A stretch of 64,000 bases of DNA from Ostrea edulis (Eukaryota): the NCBI RefSeq assembly GCF_947568905.1, contig NC_079169.1:75516001-75580000 (forward strand). Direction: 5' to 3'. The notes under the pieces are model-generated. The model was not told where the DNA came from, did no database searches, and saw only the letters and a list, made by a program, of their open reading frames with translations. The position numbers and the translations under genes are program-made. Below, piece after piece: positions 12,486 to 25,516 of this stretch. How positions within the stretch are numbered: the first letter of the stretch is position 1; every line of letters begins with the position of its first letter.

Positions 12486-15400
12486 GTTTTTTCTCCATTG
12501 ATTTCATATTTCGCATGTGGCTTTGTTATTAAGAGATGAAGAACCCTAATATTGATTTGAAAGTCAAGGTCACAATGGGACTTCATAGGAAGAGCTTGAA
12601 GACACTCATTGTGAGGGAATATGCCTCACCTCACAAAGCTCATGTTTTAATGGCTGCACTTGCCTATAGAACTCAGTTTGAATCAAAAGGAGTTTTAAGG
12701 CAAGACGCATTTATTCACTGCTCTGTTGTTGTGAGAGAAGTTGTGGCCCAAACTCATTCAATTGAAGGCTTACACTCATTCCTCAGTCATTGTGAAAGGA
12801 GGTTCTGCAGAAAAATCCCAGAGTTATGGTATGAACAAACCCAACATAGACCGGGTACTCTAGTTAGCACTGCTACAGGTCAGTGGCCGATATCAATATC
12901 AACTGTTATCACCTACACACTCTTGCCGGACACTCTGAGATGACCTCCACATTTAATCTCAGTAAAATTTGATAATACTCAAGATTTAAGGTCAAGTTCC
13001 AAGATGTAACAGGATCCAATATTTATTTAATATTTTTTTAAAATAAACTTTGAATGAAAGTCTTAAGAAAAATTTGTGAAGCATATCTTTATTGTACATT
13101 TTAAAGTTGGTGTCTGTGTGCTTATTTTAGAGCAATGACCTTTTTGCAATTGAAATTCAATATTTAGCTAATTCAAATATGCATTTGTTATGATTAGCAG
13201 GATTAAATCTCCTTAATAAATGTATTAAAATATAAAGTAAAATAATTTAACAAAAATGAAATTCATAAAGATATTCATAACATCTTTAAGTATCAATTGT
13301 GACCTTTTTGCACTTAAGTTTTAATAATATTTTTGTCTTAATACTCTAAAATTTTCAAATTCTTCAAAAGTTTTTCAGAAACTCATAAAATCAACATCTT
13401 AATCTCCTAATTTAAAATAAATGAAATTGAGGGTCCAATGTTGACCCTGCAAGTGCAATTCAAAGATGATATTTTATATTTAAAGGCTTATGTACACCTA
13501 TCAAAAATATTCACCTAGTAAGCCCTTCTTCAAAACATGAAAACCCCCATTTACTTATCAGTTAATGAAATGCCTAAAATTCTCGGTATGAATCTTAGAA
13601 GATTATAGTTTATCTTCAATGTCAACATGGTATGAATCTTAAAAAGATTATAGTTTGTCTTCAATGTTAACATTACAATCAAGTAGGAAGCACTTTGAAA
13701 GGGTAAATTGTATAGAAATCTGAGTTTTCATCCTTTTCATCTGAAAACCATTCACAAAATACAGTCCCTTTTAGATAGTGTGCGTAAACCAGACATAAGA
13801 TAAATTATATATATATTTACTGGCTGTAATAGCATAGCAGAAATTAGGATGCTGACTTCACAACTTGGAGGCTTGACCTCAATTTTCATGGTATTATAAT
13901 ATAATTACTTAACTATTTTGAGTTGTACAAAGAAATGCCCCATAACTAAAGGAGTGACAAGTTATTTCCACAGCCTTCTAACAATAAACATGATGCATCA
14001 ATCTTGGTGCCTAAGAACATTTACCATAGATATTGACTGTTCCTACACCAAGTACCTAGTACGTATTAAAAGCGAAAATCACATGTCTTTCAGATATGAC
14101 CTTGAAAACGGAGATCAAGTGTCATGGTAGGCATTTGTACGATAAAGAATTCTCACTGCTATGGCCCCGATCACCATGCTTAGATAAATCTGTGACACTT
14201 CACCTACAGCCGGTGATCAGCTCTATATGAGTGGAAAAATTTTCAAATGTAAAACAACAGAAAAACACAGATGCTTATTATGTGTACCAATCATTTGACA
14301 GTTTACAGATGAGTCACTATGTACATTGTACAGTAAGAGGTTTTGAAGCAGGTCTATTCCTCCATGTAGACCAAACTTGCTTGGATTATATCTTCAGAGA
14401 TGCATACTCCTGTGATACACTACATTGATAATATTAAGTACTAATTGCATTGTTCATTGTTTTAAGGATTTATTTCAATTTGGATTCTGACTTTCCTCTT
14501 TTTATGATGATGGCAGTTGTTGTAATATGTGTACTGACAACACATGAGTTGCAAATGACATTTTCAGAAGTAAAGGAATATATAAGATAATAATATGTAT
14601 ATGAATTGTTTCAGCCATTCAACAGATTTTGAAGTTCACAGAAACTGGTTAGCAATAACATTCAGCAGACCTCTAGAACAGTGGTACTATGAGGTAAATA
14701 TCACTATTGCCATTTATACACAGTACATTTATGTTGAAGTTTTTGTTTTGATTCACAATTTCATGGTTCAGCCAAACAGAAATCCCTGTTTGTACAATTT
14801 TGAGTACAGAAATACCATATCTCTGCTTGTATTTTTAGTTTTAAATTAGTAAAAAAAAAATTATGAATTTACACTGACTTTGCTTAAATCCCAACTTTAT
14901 ACGACACAAAGAGGTTGTCAGAATAAAACAAAACCATTCATATAAAGTGTAATGTCAGTTTTTAAACCAATAATGATGAAATGAATTTGCTACACCTAAG
15001 GTTGGTCTGTGTCTAGTTTGGTTGTTCTTGACAATGAACGTTCCAAATAAATACCTTTTTTTTTTAAAATGAGCTAAAGAGTGCAGAAAGCTATGCAACC
15101 TTTTGTCTATTTTGATTTTAGTAGCAGGAAAATAATGTGAAGGAAAAAATGTTTAATTAGATTCATAATTACATTCCATGGATAGTACATTTATGTTTTC
15201 AGAAAACATCAGAATGGACCTTGGATTATCCCCCTTTCTTTGCATGGTTTGAGTATTTCCTTGCAAAAGTGGCTTACTATTTTGACAAGGACATGTTGAG
15301 GTTGGAGAATCTGAATTATGCAAGTGAGGCCACTGTCCTTTTTCAGCGACTTTCTGTTATAGTAACAGATTTTATCCTGGTGCTAGCTGTCAACAAGTAA

Positions 15401-18400
15401 GAAAATGATGGATGTGAAGTGTTCAAGATGTCTAATGATGTATACTTTGTCTATTGCCAAGATTCTTATACCTCTCATCTAATAATGTAAACTTTGCTTA
15501 AAGCCAAGATACTTCTATCACTTGTTCAGAGGTTTATGTTATACAAATTCAGTTGACTTAAAAACAATTCCTGAACTTCATAGAATTTGGTTTATGAATA
15601 TGATTTATACTTAACATTTTTATGGGGTCATTCATTTATGAATATAATTTGTACTCAGCATTTTTTATGCCCGTTAGATCAAAGAACGGGGGCATATTGT
15701 TTTTGTTCTTGTGACCCAGACCTTGGGGTTTAACCCAAATTTCAAAAATTTGACCTTGCTCACAACTTTGGAATGGAAAGTGTTAGGGCTCTCATATTTC
15801 ATTTGATCATTCCTTGTGATGTGGCCTTTCTTGTGTTACCAAATTTTTTACCTTGTGACCTTGGAGTTTGGTCTACTTTTAAGAAAAATGAATGTAGGTA
15901 ATATCTCCTGAGCTATTTTGTATATAATTTCCTTTTGACAAGACCTTTCATATGTTTCTTTGTTGCCATCAGTAGCATAGTGTTTCACAAACATAAATAT
16001 AAAATTAGACATGGGATTCCATTAAGATTATCACCAAATTTCCACAACATAGTTGTCAGTTCTGCATTACTATTATTTATATTGAATAGATACACAAGTC
16101 ATTTAATAGAATGGTATTCATAAACCTAATTTGTTTACATTATCAACCATGTTTATAGTGTGTACATAAACCTAATTTGTTTACATTATTAACCATGTTT
16201 ATAGTGTGTACATAAACCTAATTTGTTTACATTATCAACCATGTTTATAGTGTGTACATAAACCTAATTTGTTTACATTATTAACCATGTTTATAGTGTG
16301 TACATAAACCTAATTTGTTTACATTATTGACCATGTTTATAGTGTGTACATAAACCTAATTTGTTTACATTATTAACCATGTTTATAGGGTGTGGACATA
16401 AACCTAATTTGTTTACATTATTAACCATGTTTATAGTGTGTGTACATAAACCTAATTTGTTTACATTATTAACCATGTTTATAGTGTGTGGACATAAACC
16501 TAATTTTTTTACATTATTAACCATGTTTATAGTGTGTACATAAACCTAATTTGTTTACATTATTAACCATGTTTATAGTGTGTGGACATAAACCTAATTT
16601 GTTTACATTATTGACCATGTTTATAGTGTGTACATAAACCTAATTTGTTTACATTATTAACCATGTTTATAGTGTGTGGACATAAACCTAATTTGTTTAC
16701 ATTATTGACCATGTTTATAGTGTGTACATCAACCTAATTTGTTTACATTATTGACCATGTTTATAGTGTGTACATAAACCTAATTTGTTTACATTATTAA
16801 CCATGTTTATAGTGTGTGTACATAAACCTAATTTGTTTACATTATTGACCATGTTTATAGTGTGTACATAAACCTAATTTGTTTACATTATTAACCATGT
16901 TTATAGTGTGTGGACATAAACCTAATTTGTTTACATTATTAACCATGTTTATAATGTATGCTTCTGTTTTAGGTTCTGTAATTTTATGAAAAGTTCATGG
17001 ACCGAATCCAAATCATCTGATAGCAGCGTGTACTCCAACAAAGCCTTGGTTCTGTCGATTCTCATTTTGTGTAACTTTGGGCTGTTGATAGTGGATCATA
17101 TCCTTTTACTTGTGTACAAGATTAAAATCGTGTGTGAATAACACATATTGTGACTCTTCTTCTAAGTCAAATGAGTAGTGACTTGTTTGCCAATCACCCG
17201 GTTTATGACTGTATAACGGAGGTCCTGTGTCATGGAAGGCATTTGCACAATAAAGAACCCCCACTATTACAACCATAGGCACCATGCGCAAGTCAAAATT
17301 TGTGGCACTTCACCGAAACCTGGTTACGTCTCCGTGTGGGTGAAAATTGTCAAATGGGATGAAAACACTACCAAAAAAAAGTTAATTTCATTCAATCCTT
17401 GTATTTGAGTCAGAAAATATGTGTACAGTGTTGTTTGATGGCTAAAACAGGCACCATCCTGTTGATGTAGTCTATAACCTTTCCAAGATTTATCTACTTT
17501 TTAGCTCTTCAGTAGTATTAACTGCTGTCATGAAGAAAAAAGAAACTTTTTTAAAAACACAAGTATTTTTACAAAGACGGTTGACGAGACAGCTTGATTG
17601 AAAGCAATTCCATGTGTGTATAGTTGTTTTTTTTGGTTTTTTTGTTGTTTTTTTTTATTTATTAATTTTTTATTTTACAAATATTGACATAAGACAGAAG
17701 AACATTTGCCATTTTTTTCTAACCACTTTCACACACTTCCATACTCACACTCATACATTTGTTGGTAAGTGCTTGCATTTTTAATATAATTGTAAGAGAA
17801 AAATGATAACAATACAGAGCTCGAGTAAATAGATAAAAGTACATGTGGCTTCAAAAGTAGGGGGAAAAAAACATTGCTTGAAATAGCAAAATTATGGGTT
17901 TTTTTATGTTGTCAAAAAGTGTTTTCCATACATGCCAGGTATTTTCAAATTTTTGTATTTCTTGTGTATTGTTTTTAAATAAATGTCCACACCGACCTTA
18001 ACATCATTACATATTCACTTTCAATACAATGGCTTCATGTTTGGAATCCTTATATGGTCAATGACATGCATGTTACAGGTAAGGACATTTTTTTAGAATT
18101 CTTTCTTTTGCTTTGACATGTTTTAAATTTGTGTGTATATTCATACAGAGGCTCTTCCTGTATTACTTAGTTTAGATGCTCATAACTAATGATAGTACAG
18201 AACCCCCAAAATGCAGAAGAATTTTATTATGGATGATAGAATGAAGATGCTTTGTAGAATCAGGTCATTTGGGCAGCCATTTGGTTTGCAGTGTTGCTGA
18301 ACTTCAAACACATATACCTTTACATTGCTCCTGCCTACTTCATCTATCTGCTGAGACATTACTGCTTTAAATCAAACGGTAAGTCATGCGGAGGCCTGAT

Positions 18401-21311
18401 GCTGACACATAATTAATTTTTAAAAACGGTAATTTATAGTACCAGTGTGCGTTAATTTTGTGTCATTGTACTTGTTATTTACTACCCATGGATATAGCAT
18501 CCCCCCATTTTGATTGTTTTTGAATCAATAATAACATTTAGCAAGTACCTTATTCGTATTCAATTATTATTGTTTGTGTTTATTTTAGATGGAAGTTTCC
18601 AGCGGTCATCATTTTCACCATTTCGTCTCATTTCTCTGGGTCTTGTTGTCATTTATGTGTTTGCATTATCTTTTGGACCATTTCTGTATTTAGTAAGTTC
18701 AATACATATTTACTCATCTCTCACACTATCATTATTATCCACAAAATTTATTGCAATTTTTTTCATTTAATAAAATAGACTAATAAAATTTGCCCAGTGG
18801 TACATATGTATCTCTCATTATTTCCCATGTAAAGATTTCTTGGCAAATCGAAATTATCCTGAATGTTTCCTTTTTATATAGAAACAGGTGCCACAGGTTT
18901 TGTCTCGGTTATTTCCCTTCAAGAGAGGGCTGTGCCATGCCTACTGGGCTCCCAACTTTTGGGCTTTGTATAACTTTGTTGACAAAGTTTTAACAATGAT
19001 AGGTGAGAAATCTTTATAATGATGAACAAATAGTTTTTTGTTAAAAGCTTAATTTCTCAACTCCAGTGACTGCACTGATTTAATGCATTGTGATTATTTA
19101 AAACAGGATCTAGATTACATTTTACAACCGGTGCCCCTTCTGCAGTGATGACAGGGGGATTGGTTCAAGAATTCCATCATGTTGTGTTGCCATCTGTTCC
19201 CCCTGTTGCTACTCTTATAGCAACACTTCTTTCTATTGTGGTTTGTAGTCTAGTTTTTATAAAATGTTGATACATGAAATATGACACATATGGGCTTGAA
19301 AATTAGAATATTTGGAAAAATGATTTGTTTATGGTGTATCATTTTGGATGAAATTCTCATCATTGACAAAGTTTTTCAGGATTTTTACTAAAATTGTGAA
19401 CTTTTCATATTGCAGCCAGTCATGTATCATATGTGGGTTACTTCAAAAGGACCAGAAAGTTTTGTCAGAGCAACTGTCCTGTGTGCTTTTGGATCATACT
19501 TGTTTGGCTGGCATGTTCATGAAAAAGCCATCCTCCTCATCATTTTACCATTATGGTATATATATAATTCACTTCCTCTGTATCTTTTTTTTTTACATTT
19601 AGATTTATTAAAAACCTTCAATTATGAAACACTATCATTTTCAATGCAAGATTTTCCTTCTATCCAATTTATTCATGATTTCATAATCCATATGTACATG
19701 TTTGTATTTCTAGTTTGTTGGTGTTCAACAAAAAAGAAGATGCCTCCATTTTTCTGATCCTCTCTACAACAGGACACTATTCTCTTTTTCCGTTGCTATT
19801 CACACAAGCTGGTATGTTTGCTTTTGTGTATTTTTTCAAGTCGTATTCATTTGTGACACATGTGCCTATGACTTCATATTTCTCTAAGATAAGTTATGCA
19901 TAAGCAATTGTTTATTTTCCTTTACATTTTTATGGGTAGTTTGGAGACAGATCTACAGCTACATGCATGCTCATGCGTTCTCTTTCAAAAGGATAGGTTC
20001 AAAACCACTACAACTTTCTGTTTTTAGACTTGGGGGGGGGGGGGGGGGGGGTAGCACAGGCACATGTTTCTGTAAATAATATTATGGCATCTGTGTACTA
20101 AGAATTAACGCTTATTCTTAATAGCAAATAGACATCGTAAATTTATTTAAAGAAACAAGTGCCTGTGGGGGAGAGGCAGTATTTTATTATTTACAGCTTA
20201 ATCATTAACACATTCATGCTCTTCATTTCAGAAACCATGACCAAAATTGTCTTGATGTTAACGTATTCTGTGTGTGCATTTTCTAGTCTTGGATATATTT
20301 ACAAGTGAGTTTTTTAAAGATACCTGACATTGAATATTTCAATATTAAGTACTGTAGAATCATTTAAAGTCGTGGGGGCCAATTTTCGTGGATTACTGAA
20401 TTTTTACGGGTTCATGGGGACGTAATTTCGTGGATTTATATATTTGTAAGATTCTTGTATACTACATGTAGTTGTCTTTATTCGTTGAGGATGTAAATTC
20501 GTGGGTGAGGGGTACCCACGAATTCCACGAAAATTGAGCCACCACGAATTCTAATGATTCCACAGTATTCCAAAGTCACAACACATAATTAGGGCCCCAC
20601 ATGAAATGCAGTAGCCTTATAGAAATAACACTGTCTATCCATCTGTCAACGCTTTACTGTGATACATACAGATTTTGTACAGATATATTTTAAAATGAGA
20701 GAAAGAAACTTATAGATTTTGGTGGTCATATAACATTTATCATGACACAATAATGCAAAAACAGTTTTCAGGGTAGCAATTTAAAATTTTATACAGAAGG
20801 AGTTGACCATAAGAGAAAGACACCTTTTAATTAGGGCCCTGCATTGAAAATAGTGGCAGCCCTATAGCAATCACATTGTCTATCTGTCCATCATCATACT
20901 TGTTGTGACAAGATATCTAGAATAGTATACAATATAAAGCTTTTGTATTTTATTTTCAGTTATATATGTTCTTAGCTAGTGCTAATATTAAATGTGTTGT
21001 AATATTTTTGGACAACATGATATTTAATTACAATGTTTATAAACAAGAACAATATAATTTTTTCTATTTTTAGTTCTTGTTGGAATTGGAAGTCCCTGCC
21101 TCTTCTGAATTCACTGGAATCTGTATATATTATAGGACTTATTCCATTGGAACTATGGAACAGTGCAATATTTCCTTTATTTAACATTTCCAAAAAATTT
21201 CCATTTTTACCTTTAATGTTAATTTCCGTGTATTGTTCTGTGGGAGTAATTTACTCATGGGTCAAGTTTTACAAGATAACTTTACTGGACACAAAAATGA
21301 AATCTCAATAA
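8864..21311 (+). CDS. ALG8: Dolichyl-P-Glc:Glc1Man9GlcNAc2-PP-dolichol alpha-1,3-glucosyltransferase, 13 coding exons, 519 aa
   Basis: Exons: 8864-8928, 14615-14693, 15203-15396, 16973-17097, 18011-18078, 18258-18378, 18589-18692, 18882-19002, 19107-19240, 19416-19555, 19714-19811, 20232-20304, 21074-21311. Total 1560 nt in one open frame. Family motifs: [72 protein letters not shown]. All introns are GT-AG except intron 4 (AT-AC). Confidence 0.97.
9377..9835. mobile_element. MITE with long TIRs and a 5-bp target duplication (hAT-like CAGG termini)
   Basis: CAGGTTGGGAACACTTCCCCTATAGCGAGATATTCTCGCTAAAACGCGATTATCCCTC is inverted at the right end. TTTAT lies at 9372-9376 and 9836-9840. Located in ALG8 intron 1. 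Confidence 0.8.
10062..10304 (-). mobile_element. RTE-clade LINE reverse transcriptase C-terminal fragment
   Basis: The minus strand reads [77 protein letters not shown], with RLRWxGHV and GRxxxTW motifs. Flanked by a 24-bp direct repeat. Confidence 0.75.
11700..12481 (+). mobile_element. HINE/Helentron-like element carrying about three 165-170-bp HindIII-type satellite units
   Basis: Starts TTTTAGCTCACCTGAGC...GCTCAAGTGAGC, then a CGTCCGTCTGT microsatellite. Units recur near 11956, 12121 and 12292. Ends GTGAGCGATGTGGCCCATGGGCCTCTTGTT. Confidence 0.75.
16119..16952. repeat. Minisatellite, 18 units of 46-48 bp, in ALG8 intron 3
   Basis: Unit CATAAACCTAATTTGTTTACATTATTAACCATGTTTATAGTGTGTA. 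I counted 18 AACCTAAT cores. The array ends about 20 nt before the exon-4 acceptor. Confidence 0.97.
17098..18010 (+). other. U12-type (minor spliceosome) AT-AC intron of ALG8
   Basis: 5' site ATATCCTTTT at 17098, branch point CCTTAAC at 17996-18002, terminal AC at 18009-18010. Removing it restores [11 protein letters not shown]. Confidence 0.93.
20352..20565. mobile_element. Tc1/mariner-type MITE
   Basis: TA|CTGTAGAATCATT ... AATGATTCCACAG|TA, i.e. TIRs with TA flanks. Confidence 0.75.
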
Positions 21312-21312
21312 A
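21307..21312 (+). promoter_or_regulatory. Candidate polyadenylation signal overlapping the ALG8 stop codon
   Basis: AATAAA at 21307-21312 contains the TAA stop (21309-21311), with T-rich sequence downstream. Whether it is used is not demonstrated. Confidence 0.3.
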
Positions 21313-21469
21313 TATGTTTTGAAAAAATTACTTCAGTTATTTTCAATGCAGTGGAATAGGGTGCTATACTAGTTTAATGCAATGATGCAAGAGAGTGGGT
21401 GGGTGAATGAATGTTAGTGCTGGGTACCAGTATAATCTACATCATCACTGGTACCATTCCCATGTTCAG

Positions 21470-21960
21470 AATCCTAAAACTAAGTGATTTGATCATTGGT
21501 ACATCAAATACAACAGGAATTAATGAGGCTCACTTAACTTCTGTTGTGAAAGTTTCCAAAGTACTTTGTGATGCTCCAGACGAAATTTTGGAGTACAGGC
21601 ATAAATAGAGTTACAGACCAATGCAGACCAAATGCAATCATACTCCACTCTCTAACAAATGATGTAAAATCAATGAAGGCGGACTCATTTGTTGACAAAT
21701 TGTATGACATAGCTTGCAAACGCATCTACCAGAAATGTCCTTGTGGCATAGCCTGCCCTTTTAACACCAAGCATAGACAGCAAAGAATTCACAACTAAGC
21801 TCAGCTGATCAAGCAGAAATAACTGCATTTCAGCTGTTTTGGTAGACCACAGCAACATATTCTTGCTTGGTTACCTGACAAATTGATGTGGTCCTTCTTA
21901 AAAAGAGAGGATCATCCATTCTTGCTGACAATGTTAGATGTCCTATTCATACTGTTTCAA
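21470..21960 (+). pseudogene. Decayed SGNH/GDSL-esterase-like ORF (LINE ORF1-type)
   Basis: Frameshifted pieces LIIGTSNTTGINE (block I-like), PNAIILHSLTNDVK (block III-like), VLVDHSNI and KRGSSILADNVR occur in colinear order. Confidence 0.45.
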
Positions 21961-22148
21961 TGTTCCCATGATGTCACTTAGCAAGAGCAGATCTAAGGAA
22001 AGATAGGCAAGAAACAATACCATTGTTTCATGTAACCCTGTTGAAAAGATTGCTGATTCTGAAAACTCATGGCACATCTAATAGATCCAATCATTTCCCA
22101 ACAGATGCTTTGGCTACTGCATAAAATGTAAGAGTTCTGGGAACCAGG

Positions 22149-23282
22149 TTTTTAGCCTACCTGATCCAAAAGCTCAAGTGAGCTTTTCTGACTGCCTGTT
22201 GTCTGACCGTCTGTCTGTAAACTTTTTACATTTTCGACTTCTTCTCCAGAACCACTGGGCCAATTATAACCAAACTTGGCCAAAAGCATCCTTGGGTGAA
22301 GGGCGTTCAAGTTTGTACAAATGAAGGGTCATACCCCCTTCAAAGGGGAGATAATCGTAAAATAGGGTGGGGTCATTTAAAAATCTTCTCAAGAATCACT
22401 AGGCCAGAAGAGCTGACATTTACATGAAAGTATCCTTACATAATGCAGATTCATGTTTGTTAAAATCATGGCCCCTGGGGGTATGATGGGGCCACAATAG
22501 GGGATCAAAATTTTACATACAAATACATGTATATATGGAAAATCTTTAAAAATCTTCTTCTCAAGAACCACTGAGCCAGAAAAGCTGATATTTACATGAA
22601 AGCTTCTTGATATAGTGCAGATTTAAGTTTCTTAAAATCATGGCTCCCTGGGGAAGTATGGGACCACAATAGGGGATCAAAGTTTTACATACTTATATAT
22701 AGGGAAAATCTTGAAATATCTTCTCAAGAACCACCGAGCAAGAAAAGCTATATTTTATTTACATGAAAGCTTCCTGACATAGTGCAAATTCAAGTTTGTT
22801 AAACTCATGACCCCAGGGGCTAAGATGAGGCCACAATAGGGGATCAAAGGTTTACATACCATTAAATAGATTTAAAAAAAAATCTTTTTAAGAACAATAG
22901 GGCCAAAGAAGTTTACATTTGCACGAAAGCTTCCTGCCATAGTGCAGATTCAAGTTTGTAAAAATCATGGTTCGGGGGGGAGGGGGGGGGATGATGGGGC
23001 CACAGTAGGGGATCAAAGTTTTTACTTACAAATGTATATGGAAAATCATTAAAAAACTTCTGATGAAGAATCACTGGGCCAGAAAAGTTTACATTTACAT
23101 GAAAGCTTTCTGACATAGTGCAGATTCAAGTTTAATAAAAAAATTCATGGCCCCCAGGAGTAGGTTAGGGCCACAATAGGGATCAAAGTTTTATAAGCAG
23201 ATATATATATATATATAGGGAAAATCTTTAGATATGAGCCAAGGTGACTCAGGTGAGCGATGTGGCGCATGGGCCTCTTGTT
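22149..23282 (+). mobile_element. HINE-like element with about five 165-175-bp satellite units
   Basis: Same termini and unit (CCACTGAGCCAGAAAAGCTG...GGGGCCACAATAGGGGATCAAAG) as 11700-12481. Confidence 0.75.
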
Positions 23283-23621
23283 GTAGAAAAAAGTCATTTT
23301 CAACCCCCATTTGGTCCATGATTTCCCCCAAAAATTGATAATTGGATACTGTGTAAAATGTAAGAGGAGTTCTGAGAACCAGAGGGGGGGGGGGGGGGGG
23401 GGGGGGGTCGTAAAAACATTGATTTTATTTAACCCCCACTTAGCACCCAGGATGAAAATGAAAATTCCAAATATTACACATCTACAGGACACCATCAATC
23501 ATCTTGCAAAAGATTGACTGACTACAGTGTAAATTTGTAAACTGTAAGAAGTTCTTGGAGCCAGGCTGGTTTTCTTCCCCGAACTGGATCCCAGGGTGAA
23601 AATGAAAATTCTGACACCATA

Positions 23622-24335
23622 CGAGGGCTGTTCAATAGGTAATGTGTATTGTACCAAAGCGCAATAACGCTTTGCACGATTTCATGGATGATGCTACTCT
23701 TGAATAGCTTTGTTCAACCTTCAGCTCCACATAGTTTTAAACTTATAGTAAAATCAATAGAGCCAGTCATTGACCACTGTTGTAAAAATGGTTGGGAAAC
23801 GGGTTGAGAATATTGAAGAAATTAGAGCTTATACAAAACTCGGTCATTCGGTAATGCAGATGATTTTTACTGAATTGGGGGAGGTTCATGGATCTGATAA
23901 GGTATCTTATGAGACAGCTCGTAGGTGGAGAACGAAATTTCTGACTGGCACAGAGTCCGTCAAAGATGCAGCAAAATCTAGCCGACCTGTGGCTGTAACA
24001 GGCAAGGCAAAAGTCAGGAAAATAATTGAAAGTGATGGCAGATATATGATTCGTGATATTGCCAAAGCTGTTGGCATATCACTATCGCGAGTGCATTTTA
24101 TTTTGAAGCGTATTTTGAAAGTACGAAATATTTCTGCAAGATGGATACTACATTTATTGACAGATGACCGAAAACGGGTACGAGTACAAACCGCTAAGCA
24201 ATTGCTCAAAATGTTTCCCAAATTCAATCAAAGACAATTTGCAAACATTGTTACTGGTGACGAAATATAGGTTCACTATTTCAGTAAGAAAAATTGGACA
24301 TAAAATATGGCTAACTAAACACGGTAGAAGGCATG
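23622..24335 (+). mobile_element. 5' half of a second mariner family, truncated
   Basis: TA|CGAGGGCTGTTCAATA left end. The ORF MVGKRVENIEEIRAY...SARWILHLL...NIVTGDEI* covers the HTH region and the first catalytic D. It is cut off by the TIR element at 24338, and no right TIR is present. Confidence 0.88.
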
Positions 24336-24337
24336 TA

Positions 24338-25091
24338 TGGAGCGCCAAATTAACATAAACTTAAATAATTGAAGATATCTTCAATTCAATTATTGCTCTC
24401 TTTAATTGAATTAATGCGCGCATTAAATCAATTATTGCTCTCATCAAATGAATTAATGAGCGCTTCAATTCAATTATTGCTCTCATCAATTGAGTTAATG
24501 CGCGCATCAATTGAATTAATGAGAGCAATAATTGATTTAATGCGCGCATTAATTCAATTATTGCTCTCTTCAATTCAATTGATGCGCGCATTAATTCAAT
24601 TAATGAGAGCAATAATAGATTTGATGCGCGCATTGATTCAATTATTGCTCTCTTCAATTCATTTGATGAGAGCATCAATTTAGTAGAAATATTGCTCGCA
24701 ATAATTAATTTAGAGCTCGGTATAAATAATTTGATGATCTCTTTAATTCAATTGAAGATATCTTTAAATCATTTTCAATGCTTTTATATAAGGAATTAAT
24801 GCTCGCATCGATTCTTTTCAATTGAATTGTAGCCCGCATCAATTCAATTGTTGATATCATTAATTCATTTGAAGAGATCATTAATTCAATTAAAGCGCGC
24901 ATCAAATCAGCTGAAGAATTAATGCTCTCATCAATTCAATTAATGCGCGCAATAAATCAGAATTGAAGATATCATTAATTATTTGAAGAGATCTTTCATT
25001 CAATTGTTGCGCGCATCAAATGAATTGATGATATCTTCAAATAATTGATGATATCTTCAATTATTTGAGTTTATGTTAATTTGGCGCTCCA
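24338..25091 (-). mobile_element. Non-autonomous TIR element built from 21-bp repeats (copy 1, internally deleted, opposite orientation)
   Basis: TA|TGGAGCGCCAAATTAACATAAAC ... GTTTATGTTAATTTGGCGCTCCA|TA. Confidence 0.9.
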
Positions 25092-25094
25092 TAG

Positions 25095-25480
25095 AGGCAA
25101 GCCACTGACAAACAAGTTGATGGCACAGGAGTTTCAACAGTCTCGATTGAAGTCAGCATTTCGCAAATTATAGTCGTTATAACGATCTATTTCGTTAATA
25201 CAACCTATCATTGGGTCAAATGCTGTCTGACGTGTTTCATACCGATTGTTAGGCCGTTCTTGGCACACTGATTTTGACTACGAATAACTCCGTTTACCTG
25301 ATCAGGATATACATGTAGGGCTCACGGCGGGTGTGACCGGTCGACAGGGGATGCTTATTCATCCTAGGCACCTGAGCCCACCCCTGGTGTGTCCAGGGGT
25401 CTGTGTTTGCCCAACTATCTATTTTGTATTGCTTGTGGGAGTTATGAGATTGATCACATTTTATTATCTTCGCCTTTCAT
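25095..25480 (+). mobile_element. 3' end of a Penelope-like retroelement (RT thumb region plus 3' UTR)
   Basis: Reads GKPLTNKLMAQEFQQSRLKSAFRK...YNLSLGQMLSDVFHTDC*, followed by a UTR matching 6121-6346. The family call is from recalled similarity. Confidence 0.7.
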
Positions 25481-25516
25481 ATAGTACAATTAAATGAACA
25501 TGCAATCACAAAACTA

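Noticed and set aside
12536-12943. 135-aa ORF in ALG8 intron 1
   Set aside because: It starts inside repeat sequence and has no recognisable motif or splice support.
16119-16952. CRISPR-like appearance and short ORFs in the array
   Set aside because: The units are contiguous with no unique spacers, there are no cas genes, and the context is a eukaryotic intron.
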